63,632 nucleotides of DNA from Rhina ancylostomus (taxonomy: Eukaryota). Positions 1 through 11,576 of the stretch are shown here, piece after piece. Under the pieces are notes generated by a model. The model made no database searches. It saw nothing but the letters and a program-made list of their open reading frames with translations, and was not told where the DNA came from. The DNA is taken from assembly GCA_030265395.1 (NCBI GenBank), contig JARFYF010000055.1:16513204-16576835 (forward strand), given 5' to 3'. The position numbers and the translations under genes were made by a program. The first letter of the stretch is position 1; each line of letters starts with the position of its first letter.

Positions 1-269
1 TGGGCAAAGACAAAATCATGTTGAAATAAATTCGTGTGCAATAATGAATTTTCTACTTAAAATAGATTACTAATGAGGAAGTACTAAAGAAGACATGTGA
101 TGACCATCAACTATGCATTGTTGCTGTATTACCACACATCCTGGACACTGGTGAGCTTGACCTATTATACTATTTCATGATTAAGGATGGGGGGGGGGGG
201 GGGGGTGAAAAGCTAGTCAGTCACTTGCTGCCATATTGCGATTTAAGCACTTAAGTGTCAGCTGCAGCT

Positions 270-390
270 TGTTGGTAAAACCCTGTCCTCTGAATCAGAA
301 GATTATGGGTTCAAGTTTAAGCATTAAATGCTAGCCTGATGGTTCCATACTGAGTAAATGCTGAAGTGCCACTACTCATTTGAAAAGATT
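270..390 (+). mobile_element. Degenerate 5' part of a tRNA-derived Deu-domain SINE (SacSINE1-like)
   Basis: cctctgaatcagaagattatgggttcaag resembles the recalled head of this SINE family. Confidence 0.45.
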
Positions 391-874
391 TTGTTTTTTT
401 NNNNNNNNNNNNNNNNNNNNNNNNNNNNNNNNNNNNNNNNNNNNNNNNNNNNNNNNNNNNNNNNNNNNNNNNNNNNNNNNNNNNNNNNNNNNNNNNNNNN
501 NNNNNNNNNNNNNNNNNNNNNNNNNNNNNNNNNNNNNNNNNNNNNNNNNNNNNNNNNNNNNNNNNNNNNNNNNNNNNNNNNNNNNNNNNNNNNNNNNNNN
601 NNNNNNNNNNNNNNNNNNNNNNNNNNNNNNNNNNNNNNNNNNNNNNNNNNNNNNNNNNNNTGGGCAACAAATACAAAAAGAAGTTCTGGGGGTAAATAAG
701 ATGTTTAATTGTGCAGCAGGTATCTGGATAATAAATGAATGCGTGGATAATGTGTTATATGTTAAATTTTCACATGAATAGTTAAGCTGAACATTCAGTA
801 TACTATAATGCTTGATTTTTAAAAAAATTTTATTCTTTTGTTTTTCATAATTAAATTCCTTTTTTCTTATTCAG

Positions 875-1033
875 TTGGCTATGGACTGAGGCAGGTGCGC
901 AGGCAGAGCTTGAAGATTCTTTGGGTATTGGAGGATTTGGTTACCCAGCTATGGCTGCAATTAATGCCAGGAAAATGAAATATGCTTTGCTGAAAGGCTC
1001 CTTCAGTGAACAGGGCATCAACGAGTTTCTTAG
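875..1033 (+). CDS. PDIA6: PDIA6-like protein disulfide isomerase, antepenultimate exon
   Basis: ttcag acceptor and gtaaat donor; translates [53 protein letters not shown], matching the PDIA6/P5 C-terminal domain. Confidence 0.93.
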
Positions 1034-1549
1034 GTAAATGCTTATAATAACTCAAACCATGTTGAAAGTCAAGAAATTTCTGTGTGCTGGCCTGAACCAA
1101 GTTTTACAGAAAGTTTCTACTATTAATTTGCCAGTCTAAGCAGGGAAGCTTTGATTACCGGGTGAGGAATTGATACTTATGCCAAATTTCTGTTGTGTTT
1201 TATACAAGATTGCTGGTACAAATGTCCTAATCACGACTGTTACAAAATTTTATAGAGTTCATAGACCTAATAAATTCCTTTTAAAAATGGGATTCTAGTG
1301 GGCCAACTTATATCTAGTTCACTAATATTTAAAATCCCTTGAAATGTTTATTGCTCTCATTTAGATACTTAAGTCTTTTATTCGTAGTTTTTTTTTCTTG
1401 TGATTTCCTGAATAATCCATGTTTTATAGGGAAGTATTATCTAATATGTGCTGGTCCTTGGATAATTCTCTAAAGCTCTAAATATGTCTTCTTGAAATAC
1501 TCATCTTTTTACTTAAATCAAACAACATCTGCCTAAACTTTTCCAACAG

Positions 1550-1625
1550 GGAGTTGTCAGTTGGGAGAGGTTCAANNNNNNNNNNAATTAACACTGTGGA
1601 TCCATGGGATGGCAAAGATGGTCAG
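1550..1625 (+). CDS. PDIA6: PDIA6-like penultimate exon (contains a 10-N gap)
   Basis: caacag acceptor, ELSVGRGS..[gap]..INTVDPWDGKDGQ, gtaagt donor. Confidence 0.9.
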
Positions 1626-2479
1626 GTAAGTTGATAACTTGGCAAACTGCTTTTAGATGAGTTCATTTAATTTTTTGGGTACATCAGCAAACCAAATCTA
1701 TGTGAGCTCTTTATATGTTTACAGTTTTTTTTAAAGCACATGGCTGCACAAAAGTAGTCAGGGCCTTCAAGTACTTTACAAGCACATAACACAAAAGAGT
1801 GAAACTTCAGACTAAGTGTGCACCATTCTAAAATCAAGTTTCACAAGACAGCATTGAACTGTAGCAAGTCTCCATTTGCAGGAAGTCTTTTTAACCTAGT
1901 TTCTCCCCAACCCCCCATCCTTCCCTCTGGGATAATGGTTCTTTCCTTCAAAGCTCCTCTTCTTGTCAATCAGCACCTTTTCAGGTGGAGTTGATCTGGG
2001 AATATGGTATGGCAGTCATGATTTCACCTCTGGATGGGGTGGGAGATAGTTTTTGCTGATTCTGGATTTTTGCATTTGCTGGTGAGCATAGTAGAGCTGA
2101 AAATTTTCTATTCCCCATTAATGTCTTGAATAAGGGAGGAATTTGTCTATTTCCATTTCACAGGTTTAAAATTGAGAGTGCTTATTACAAATTGTCCATG
2201 TAGGAAGCAAACTACTTTTTTTTTGAACTTTCATATATTATGAATAAAAGTTCAGTGAAGTTCCTGAATGCTGAAAAGAGCACAAGTAAGAGATCCAGTT
2301 AGTTTTTTGGTACAAAGTTAATGCTTTGTTATTCTTTAGCTATGCAAGAATGATTTGCCTAGGCACAGCTTGGAAGGGTTCTATGGAATTGTAACAGAGT
2401 CATGGCTTTCATGAGGAAATTAGAAGAAATGAAATCTGAGTAATTACAAACCTTTAATGATGCATTTAATTTTCCACAG

Positions 2480-2548
2480 ATGCCAGTTGAAGAAGACATT
2501 GATTTAAGTGATGTGGATCTTGATGATTATGACAAAGATGAGCTGTGA
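2480..2548 (+). CDS. PDIA6: PDIA6-like last coding exon with KDEL ER-retention signal
   Basis: ccacag acceptor; MPVEEDIDLSDVDLDDYDKDEL then TGA at 2546-2548. Confidence 0.95.
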   Translation: MPVEEDIDLSDVDLDDYDKDEL

Positions 2549-2926
2549 GTTACCAGCATTCCCATTCATTGGCAGACAGTACCATTTATCTGAAGCATTG
2601 GACTGATCATCTGTCTGCACCAAAGCCTTATTTCATCTTCCTGGCTTGCTGTATTTCTACTGTAACCTGTAAATAAGTTTCACTGGGTTTTTCTATTAAA
2701 AAAATGAAAACTGAATGTTATGTTTCAAATTTTTACATAAACTGATTTAATAGACTAGACAGGTTGCCATTTATTGTACATTGTTACACTTCATTATTTA
2801 AATGGATACTTGAGTTTCTTCCAGTGGGTGGGATGTGGTGCAAACCTGCATAATGTATTTTTGACATCCCTGCATGTATTTGAGCAATTCTTATTCCAAA
2901 GAATGTGATCTGTCCTACATAGGACA

Positions 2927-2932
2927 AATAAA
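2927..2932 (+). terminator. Candidate poly(A) signal of the PDIA6-like gene
   Basis: First AATAAA I find downstream of the stop codon; an ATTAAA variant lies at 2695-2700. Confidence 0.5.
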
Positions 2933-5900
2933 ATCATGGTGATTTAGCCATTAACTGGGATTGAGCATTTGAAACTTTGGATAGTTAATATATTTTGTTG
3001 AAGATGGAATTCATGAAATAAGTCAATGTTTCAGAGAGCTGAAACAAGTTTGGTAGTAATTAAAATATGGTTATTTAGTTTTAACTGAAGCTGCATTCCA
3101 GAGGTTCATCTCTCCTTTGGAACACAAAAACATGTCAAATGATTTGCTTTGTTCCTGATGTGTTCAGTCCTCCTGCTAAACTACAATAATCCATGTACAG
3201 ATCAATTATTATGGGTACATGCCACAAAATTTGCTTTGATGTTCAGTCATTGAATTTTGTGGTATTTGTCATTAACTAGCACTATCATAATTTTGGAAAG
3301 TTTTCATCAACTTTGTTTGGATTTTGAGAAATAAGACTTCATGGTGTTAAGTGAGCGTGTGTGTGTCATTGAGAGAAGATTGGCCTTGGTTCAGCTAAAT
3401 CCAATTTTTGTAACGGTCTGCATTAAAGAAAAAGGTTAATGTATTTAAACCTTTCTTACAAACTCCTAAGTTGATACCTTTTGTACTTAAAAACTTGTTA
3501 CTTAATATGACACAGAAGGCTACCATTAGGACCCTTCTCTTTCCCTGTAATTTGTTCTGCTGCAGCAAAACAACAAATTTCACGACATATGTCAGTAATA
3601 AACCTGATTTTTTTTTTCTTTCNNNNNNNNNNNNNNNNNNNNNNNNNNNNNNNNNNNNNNNNNNNNNNNNNNNNNNNNNNNNNNNNNNNNNNNNNNNNNN
3701 NNNNNNNNNNNNNNNNNNNNNNNNNNNNNNNNNNNNNNNNNNNNNNNNNNNNNNNNNNNNNNNNNNNNNNNNNNNNNNNNNNNNNNNNNNNNNNNNNNNN
3801 NNNNNNNNNNNNNNNNNNNNNNNNNNNNNNNNNNNNNNNNNNNNNNNNNNNNNNNNNNNNNNNNNNNNNNNNNNNNNNNNNNNNNNNNNNNNNNNNNNNN
3901 NNNNNNNNNNNNNNNNNNNNNNNNNNNNNNNNNNAATTTAAAGAAGTAAATTGGTACAATAGGTTCCTAATTTTAAGGATAACAATGGGAGAATTAGGCC
4001 TTTAACATTTGGACAAAATATACTGAACATAAATCATGTGTGGATTTCTTGCTCCACATGGATACTGGAGCAGAGGCCCCATTGCTAACTTGCAGTTTTA
4101 AATTGTTTAATAATTGCAATGACAGCAATGGGTAACTAAATCAGTAGCACACAACTATACAGAGAGATGCTTGTCTTTTCATTGGGTTTTAATGGAGTTG
4201 AGATTGATGTTAATGACAGTAGAGAATCTAGAGCTATCAACAACTCAATGCTGATATCTCTGAATAATCCTGTATTTTCACAAATATGTTTTCCAAAACA
4301 ATTTTATTGGCTTGAAAATTTCCATTTTCAATTGCACGTAAACTAAAACCAGATGTATTAATAACATCAGTGCTTCCTAGTTGGGGAAGAATTGTAGACT
4401 TCAACTATTCCCATTAATAAAGTGATTTATTTTCTTGAGCCAGACTTTTTTTCTGTTTTGTGAAAACAAAAAAAATCACTGTTTCTCAGTTCACGTCATT
4501 ACTATTATTCTTCACATTATGTTGGATGCACATGACTCCATAAGAGGTAAATTGTATGACATAAAAATACTGCTGATAAATAGACAAGTTTCTTAAGCCA
4601 AAACTGCCATGTCAATCAGTCAAGATTTTGAAAACCTTACTGTCCTTTTGCTTTTTGCAAAAGCATGTATTTTTGTTTTGATTTAAGATAGGTCAGAGAA
4701 ATTATACTTAATTTTAGAATTAACAACTAAAGCTATATGAAATGGGAATTTATTTAATTGAATTATGCTGCAGTTGTATACCAGACTCTAATCTTTCTGG
4801 TTAATCTAGTCATGAAATCCAATGATTGACTTTTTTTGACCATCTGTAAAGGTTTGTAGACACTATGGAAATGCCTTTATCTTAAAACTATTAACTGCTG
4901 GGAAATGGAACTGCTTCCATTTAAAGCAATTGGCATCAGCAGGAAGCTGTTTCAGGTAAAGTGTTGTTCCTTTCATTTTTATCCTAATGACTTGGCTTTG
5001 TTCCAGCAGTGGAAAAGTAGCTTTTACTGCATTGGATATGGAACAATATCACACCAATACCATCCACCCTTTTGTTCCCTACAATTATTAGAGAAGTACT
5101 TGTAGTAGTGCAAGTACTAAATTAAGGATTTACACAGCATTGGGTTTCCACAAACCACTGAGCAGCAACCTGATTTGCACCATGAAATTCCAAGTACTAA
5201 CTGACTAGAAACTGTACCACCCAAATTTTAAAGTAACACTTATTACACTCAAAATTAGGAGTAGAAAATAGAATCTTTTATGTCTCCTAACTATCCAGTT
5301 ACAGTTAAATGTTTTTTGGTTGCTCTTCATCTGAGCATCGTATAGTTAGATGACCAACATAGAGATAACATCCATTTTAAGTATCATTTAAGAAGGAATG
5401 ATTACCAACACAATCTTCTGCTCTAATGCGGGATGTCATGCGCACATTGGTGCCTTTTACAATTAACACTATTTTTGTGTATGAAAGATCTGAAACGGCA
5501 ACTTTCACCTGAATGTGGAGCTAAGCTGATGGTTGAAATGATGAATTTTGGATTTGTATTTAGAACAGAACATTTATTTTAAGCTGGTTCCACATTCATT
5601 AGAATCTAGGATTGTAACTAATGCACTGCAATTTAGTTTTCTTGGGTGACTTAATAGTTTGAGAATCAAGTTGTGTAGCACTGAAGAATTGGAATTTTTC
5701 TTTGTTACTCTTGTACATGAATTTCAAAGAATGGGCACATCTGTTAGCTAATAGATTGGTATTCCCTAATGTTCGCATCCTGACAAAATAATTTAAAAAT
5801 GGGTTACATAATCATTACCACATTTTTGCTTCTAGGAACTTGCTGTTTGCAAATTGGTTGCTGCATTTTTTTTACTGTATCACACCACTGGCTGTCATGA

Positions 5901-8900
5901 AAGGATGTTACTGCAAAATTCTCGTTTTGTTTTATAAATCTTAGGATAGTTAGCTTGTAGTTGTACTGCATTTACATTGAAGCCAAGGAATGCATTTTTT
6001 TAAAACAATTACCTTGCCACTTTAAAAAAAAATGCTTGGGTACATAGATTATCCTCTGCAATTTATGATTCATGCAGTGTGATTTTTTTTTAAATACTTT
6101 CCCAGCCCTTTAAGTATTTCTTGCCTATCTTAATCGTCTCCAATATTGCTCCAGTTTCTTACCACAGTGGCAATGTCCCCTCTAATGCAAACATATTCAG
6201 AAGCTCAGCTCTGTCCCCTATCTCCTTAAGATTGTTTTGGTCCTTTTCTACAAGTCCCTTGATTTTTACTGGAAATTAGTAAAAGGTTTATGGTGTCCCT
6301 TTTATTATTTTGATACTATCCATTCTCTTGCTCTCTCATTCCTTTTTTAACATTGAATCTGCACATTGTATGTAATGCTTTATCATTGTATTATGAACTT
6401 CAATTATAATGATGATGTACTTTGTGCCTCACTTTAACTTATCTANNNNNNNNNNNNNNNNNNNNNNNNNNNNNNNNNNNNNNNNNNNNNNNNNNNNNNN
6501 NNNNNNNNNNNNNNNNNNNNNNNNNNNNNNNNNNNNNNNNNNNNNTAATTTGTAGGATTTGATCTTGTGTTTGGGGGGGGGGGGTGGGGGCTAATGATTC
6601 TTAATAATGTGGTTGGGAGCAGTGTTCTTTGTCCATCATACACATTAGTGATAAGTATCAATACTGATGGTATTAACTCATGCAGTGCGGAGAGTGCTTA
6701 CATCAGCAATGTTTATCAAAATAACTTCTTTGAAAATGTCCTTGCAGTCCAGCCAGGAACACCACTTTCCAATGAGACTAGAAGGACGGGTTACCAGCAT
6801 GTCAACACTGACTTCTTCCTGTTGAGAAGTTGGGCTGCAGCTCACTTAACTAAAATCTGATCCTGAAATAAGCAAAATCACAAGTGAAAAATATTCTTCC
6901 TCTACCCTCTGTCCACAGAGCAATTGGATAGATCTGACTACATTGTCAGTAATCTAATTCTCAATCTGTAAAATTGTGATTTGTGGAGCTTGCCATTTAT
7001 GAATACATTTTTATGTGTGCTGCTCAGAAGATACTTTTCCACAATCTTCATCTATTTTGATGCTCTGCTTTATTGTTCTACCATTTTGCTGACTTACACT
7101 GTCTCTTTTTATTGTTAGTACATAATATATTGTGCACACATTCTAACAAGCGATCCAGGCAAACCAACTTTGGATGCCATTTTGCTTCTCAAGGGAAACC
7201 ATCTCAAGGCTTGTTCCATGGTTCAATTCATGTTTTTTTTTATTGCTTCAATTGTAACTCCAGTGAATATTTGTGCCTTTGAGTCAGATTTGGTTTAAGC
7301 CCCATTTTAGAAATATGAACAAAAAGAAAACCAAAAGTTAACAGATGGAGTATTTAAAGATATTAAACAAGCCCACACCTGCTCTGAGTTTAGATTTTAG
7401 TATTTGCAAAATATTTGGTAAAATATCTTGACAACTAATTGTTAATTCTAGGGTGAACAAACTATGATTAATATCTGTGCCTCTTAGAACCGTTGAACAA
7501 GGAAAGGGAGCAGAGCTTGTGAAATAGTTTGGTATGGTCTATATGCAGTTGTAATTATTTAAAGCATATGAATTTAGCCCCCAGAGTAATTTAAAATGCA
7601 ACATAACAAAATGATGGGAAGATTAACCAAGTCTGTGTTTAAAAGTCAGGGACCTACTAATCTTATGGTTCATCAGCCGTTAACAAGAATCTCTGTGCCT
7701 CTTGGGTCCCAGGAAAGATCACCTTCCCTGTCCCTAACTAAAATGTACAAAGGAAGCAGAGCATAACAATCCACAAGTACTAATCAGAACTTAGTTAAAT
7801 ATGGGTGAGATGTTTACTTACTATGACAGTTGAGGGGTTGTAAATGTCTAACAGTGGAAGATATGGAGATTCTTCCAGGAAGTTGTTACAGCTCTGAGTC
7901 CTTAACCTGTGAGCAGTTGGAACATGAAGTCAGCACTTTTTTTAAAGAGCAAACCTGGAAACAAAACTTGTTCTTTTACAGCATACTTTTGATGTATAAT
8001 CTATCAACCGTGCTACAGAGATGAAAAAATTGAACTAGAGAACTCTTTTTTAGATAAAGAATAAAGATGGCCTAACACAATCAGCTATTTGCAATGAATA
8101 GGTCAACCTTTAGCTGCCTGAACTTCTTCAATTTTGGCCTCTTAATCAAGTACAAAGTTAATCTAGGCTTTCAATGTCAGGCATCAATAAGCATTCAAAA
8201 ATTGTGGAATTTTTTTTAAGATTCTTTTAACATTACAATGAAAATAACAATTCAGTTTTTATTAAGTATTATCGTAAATAGATTTGTATTCTGGTGCTTT
8301 AATTGTTTAACTCAGTTACAAAAGTTTTGATTAACTAACTCATCTCCCTTAGCCAGTCCTCCATTGAAATGGATGCAATATCTGAACTGATATCAGGTTA
8401 ACTTAGCAGACCTGCAGGAAGTTTTGTATATGCCACTGCTGTACTCTATTGTGCAGTAGGGACAACTGCTAAAATGTCTAAGGTAGTTTGGGAAATTTGC
8501 CCTGTGTTTGGGTATAACAATCTTTTTTAAAAGAAGAATTGGACATCACTATTTTTATGTTTTAGCAATTCCCAATTCTGAATATTGAAACTATTATTTA
8601 GTAGCAACTGAACTTTATGAGCAAAGGGGCAGAGAAGGTTTATGCTGTTATATGGGCAAAGATCCCATTTGGCACACGTGCTCACTGTCAGAGAAATTTC
8701 CTTGGTTTCACCCAATTTCACTGCTACCCCCACTAACCTCTCTCTGAAATATTAACTGTTTCCCTGACCATACACTACCTGACCTGCTTAGTCTTTCTAG
8801 CATTTTCTGTTTTTACGTATCCAATTCATACAAGTCTAGCCACCCAGGCAAGTCCCACCAGTAACAACTCATTACACAGCCTGGTAGCTTAATGCACGGA

Positions 8901-8952
8901 TAAATGTCCCCATTAAGGCATTTTGACTCATCCTATCATAGACATTCCCTTT

Positions 8953-10608
8953 ATCAGAATCCAGTTTATTATCACTGACATATGTTGTGAAGTTTGTTGT
9001 TTTGTGGCAGCAGGACAGTGCAAGACAAAGACATAAAAATTACTATAAATTATAAAAATAAATGAATAGTGCACAAGAGGAAATAATGAGGTAGTGTTTG
9101 TGGACTGTTCAGAAATCTGATGGCGGAGGGGAAGAAGCTGTGCCTGAAATGTTAAGTGTGGGTCTTCAGGCTCCTGTATCTTTTCCCCAATGGTAGTAAC
9201 GTGAAGAGGGTATGTCCTGGGTGGTGAGAGTCCTTAACGATGGATGCCACCTTCTTGAGGCACCACCTCTTGAAGATGTCCTCGATGGCGGGGAGAGTTG
9301 TGTCTGTAATGGAGCTGGCTGAGTCTATGACCCTCTGCGGCTTCTTTTGATCCTGCGCATTGGAGCCTCCATACCAGGCAGTGAGGCAACCAGTCAGAAT
9401 GCTCTCCACAGTACATCTGTAGAAATTTGCAAGAGTCTTTGGTGACATACCAAATCTCCTCAAACTCCTAATGAAGTAGAGGCACTAGCGTGCTGCCTTC
9501 ATGATTGCATCTGTGGTTTGGGGCCAAGATAGATCCTCTGAGATGTTGATGTACAGGACCTTGAAGCTGCTCACCTTTTCCACTGCTGATCCCTCAATAA
9601 AGCCTGGTGTGTGTTCTTCCAACTTCACCTTCTTGAAGTTCACAATCAATTCCTTGGTCTTGCTGACGTTGAGTACAAAGTTGTTGTTGTGACACCACTC
9701 CACCAGTTGGTTTATCTCACTCTGTATACCTCTGCATTGCCATCTAAGATTCTACCAACAACAGTGGTGTCATCAGCAAATTTATTGATGGTGTTTGAGC
9801 TGTGCCTAGCCACACAGCCATGAGAGTAGAGCAGTGGGCTAAGCATGCACCCTTGAGGTGCACCTATGTTGATTGTTAATGAGAAGATGTTACTACTGAT
9901 CTGCACTAACTGTGGTCTCGTGATTAAGGAAGGCAGGGATTCAGTTGCAGAGGGAGGTACAGAGACCCAGGTTTTGAAGCTTGCTGATTACTACTGAAGG
10001 GACGATGGTGTTGGACACTGAGCTGTAATCGATAAACAGCAGCCTGACGTATGTTTTGCTGTTGTCCAGGTGCTCCAAAGCAAAGTGGAGAGCCAGTGAG
10101 ATTGCGTCTGCTGTAGATCTGTTGTGGTGGTAGGCAAATTGCAGCGGGTCCGGGTCCAGGTCCAGGTCTTTGCGCAGACAGGAGTTAATTCTAGCCATGA
10201 CTGACATCTCATCACAGTAGATGTGAGTGCTAATGGGCGATAGTTGTTGAGGCAACTCACTTTGGTCTTCTTGGACACTAGTATGATCGATGCCCTTTTG
10301 AAGCAGGTGGGAACCTCCGACTGCAGCAGTGAGAGGCTGAAGATGTCCTTGAACACTCCAGCCAGTTGGTTGGCACAGATTTTCAGTACCCTGCTATCGG
10401 GTCTGACCCTTTGCAAGGATTCACCCTCTTTAAGGATGTTCTGACGTTGGCCTCCAAGACAGAGATCATAGGAAGGCCAGATGCTGCAGATATTTGCACA
10501 GATATAGTGTTATTCTCCCTTTCAAAGTGTGTATGGAAGGCAATAGAGCTCATCATGGAGTGAAGCATCACTGCCATTCATGCTGTTAGGTTTCGCCTTA
10601 TAGGAAGT
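8953..10608 (-). mobile_element. 5'-truncated Rex1/Babar-clade LINE with frameshifted reverse transcriptase
   Basis: Minus-strand ORF pieces give RT motifs ([40 protein letters not shown]); ATTCTG-type 3' tail; flanked by identical 15-mers ATAGACATTCCCTTT at 8938-8952 and 10609-10623. Confidence 0.9.
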
Positions 10609-10819
10609 ATAGACATTCCCTTTGTTCTACCCATCCCTCTCCCATCTTCCTACTGAGAAATAACTTGCACCTCTCTCTTCTATTGTGACGAAGAGTCCCA
10701 GACCCACTGCAGTGACTTTCTCTTTCTACAGACCTACTGAGTACTTCCATTACTTTCTGCCTCCGTTTCATATTTCCAGCATCTGCAGTAGTTTAGTTTG
10801 CCTTTCATTCACTGGTGAA

Positions 10820-10910
10820 CTCCGGCGTCTTCCGGTCACAGTGCCGGAAATGACAAAAAACGCACATTGGGTATAAAAGGCCGCCGCCTCCCCCGCTCTG
10901 CCTCCGTCTC
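10820..10910 (+). promoter_or_regulatory. PABPC4: PABPC4 core promoter
   Basis: CpG-rich; ETS-like CTTCCGG and CCGGAAAT, inverted CCAAT (10866-10870), TATAAAAG (10872-10879), pyrimidine-rich TOP-like start region about 30 nt downstream. Confidence 0.8.
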
Positions 10911-10971
10911 CTGGCCACGGCGTGTGGTCGACGTGAGTGTGGCACCGCCGGAGCAGCGCACACTCGTACTT

Positions 10972-11080
10972 CAAAAAGCGTAAAAAAAAACAAAAACCAA
11001 CAAACAATAAAAAAAAGCGCAACCAAGTTTTAGAAGAGGATAAAAAATCCCATTAGTTTTATTTTACCACAAAAAAAGGA
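10972..11080 (+). promoter_or_regulatory. PABPC4: A-rich 5'UTR element, putative PABP autoregulatory sequence
   Basis: Oligo(A) runs separated by C/T (AAAAAGCGTAAAAAAAAACAAAAACCAACAAACAATAAAAAAAA) in an ATG-free leader, as known for cytoplasmic PABP mRNAs. Confidence 0.75.
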
Positions 11081-11216
11081 AACAGCCAACCAGGCCTCAG
11101 CCACGCTACGGGATTTGATTCGGACAAACCTGCCGAAGTTTCTGGAAACACAAGTATTCGAAACGGTTTTTATTTAAAAAAAAGAACCGAGAATCCTACC
11201 CAGCTGACAGGTTTAA

Positions 11217-11576
<360 letters not shown>

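Noticed and set aside
317-781. ORFs made largely of X (also near 3471-4005, 20477 and 50386)
   Set aside because: Artefacts of translating through N gaps
1550-1625. PDIA6 exon about 21 nt shorter than the recalled human exon
   Set aside because: The deficit coincides with a 10-N placeholder, so it is not evidence of a deletion
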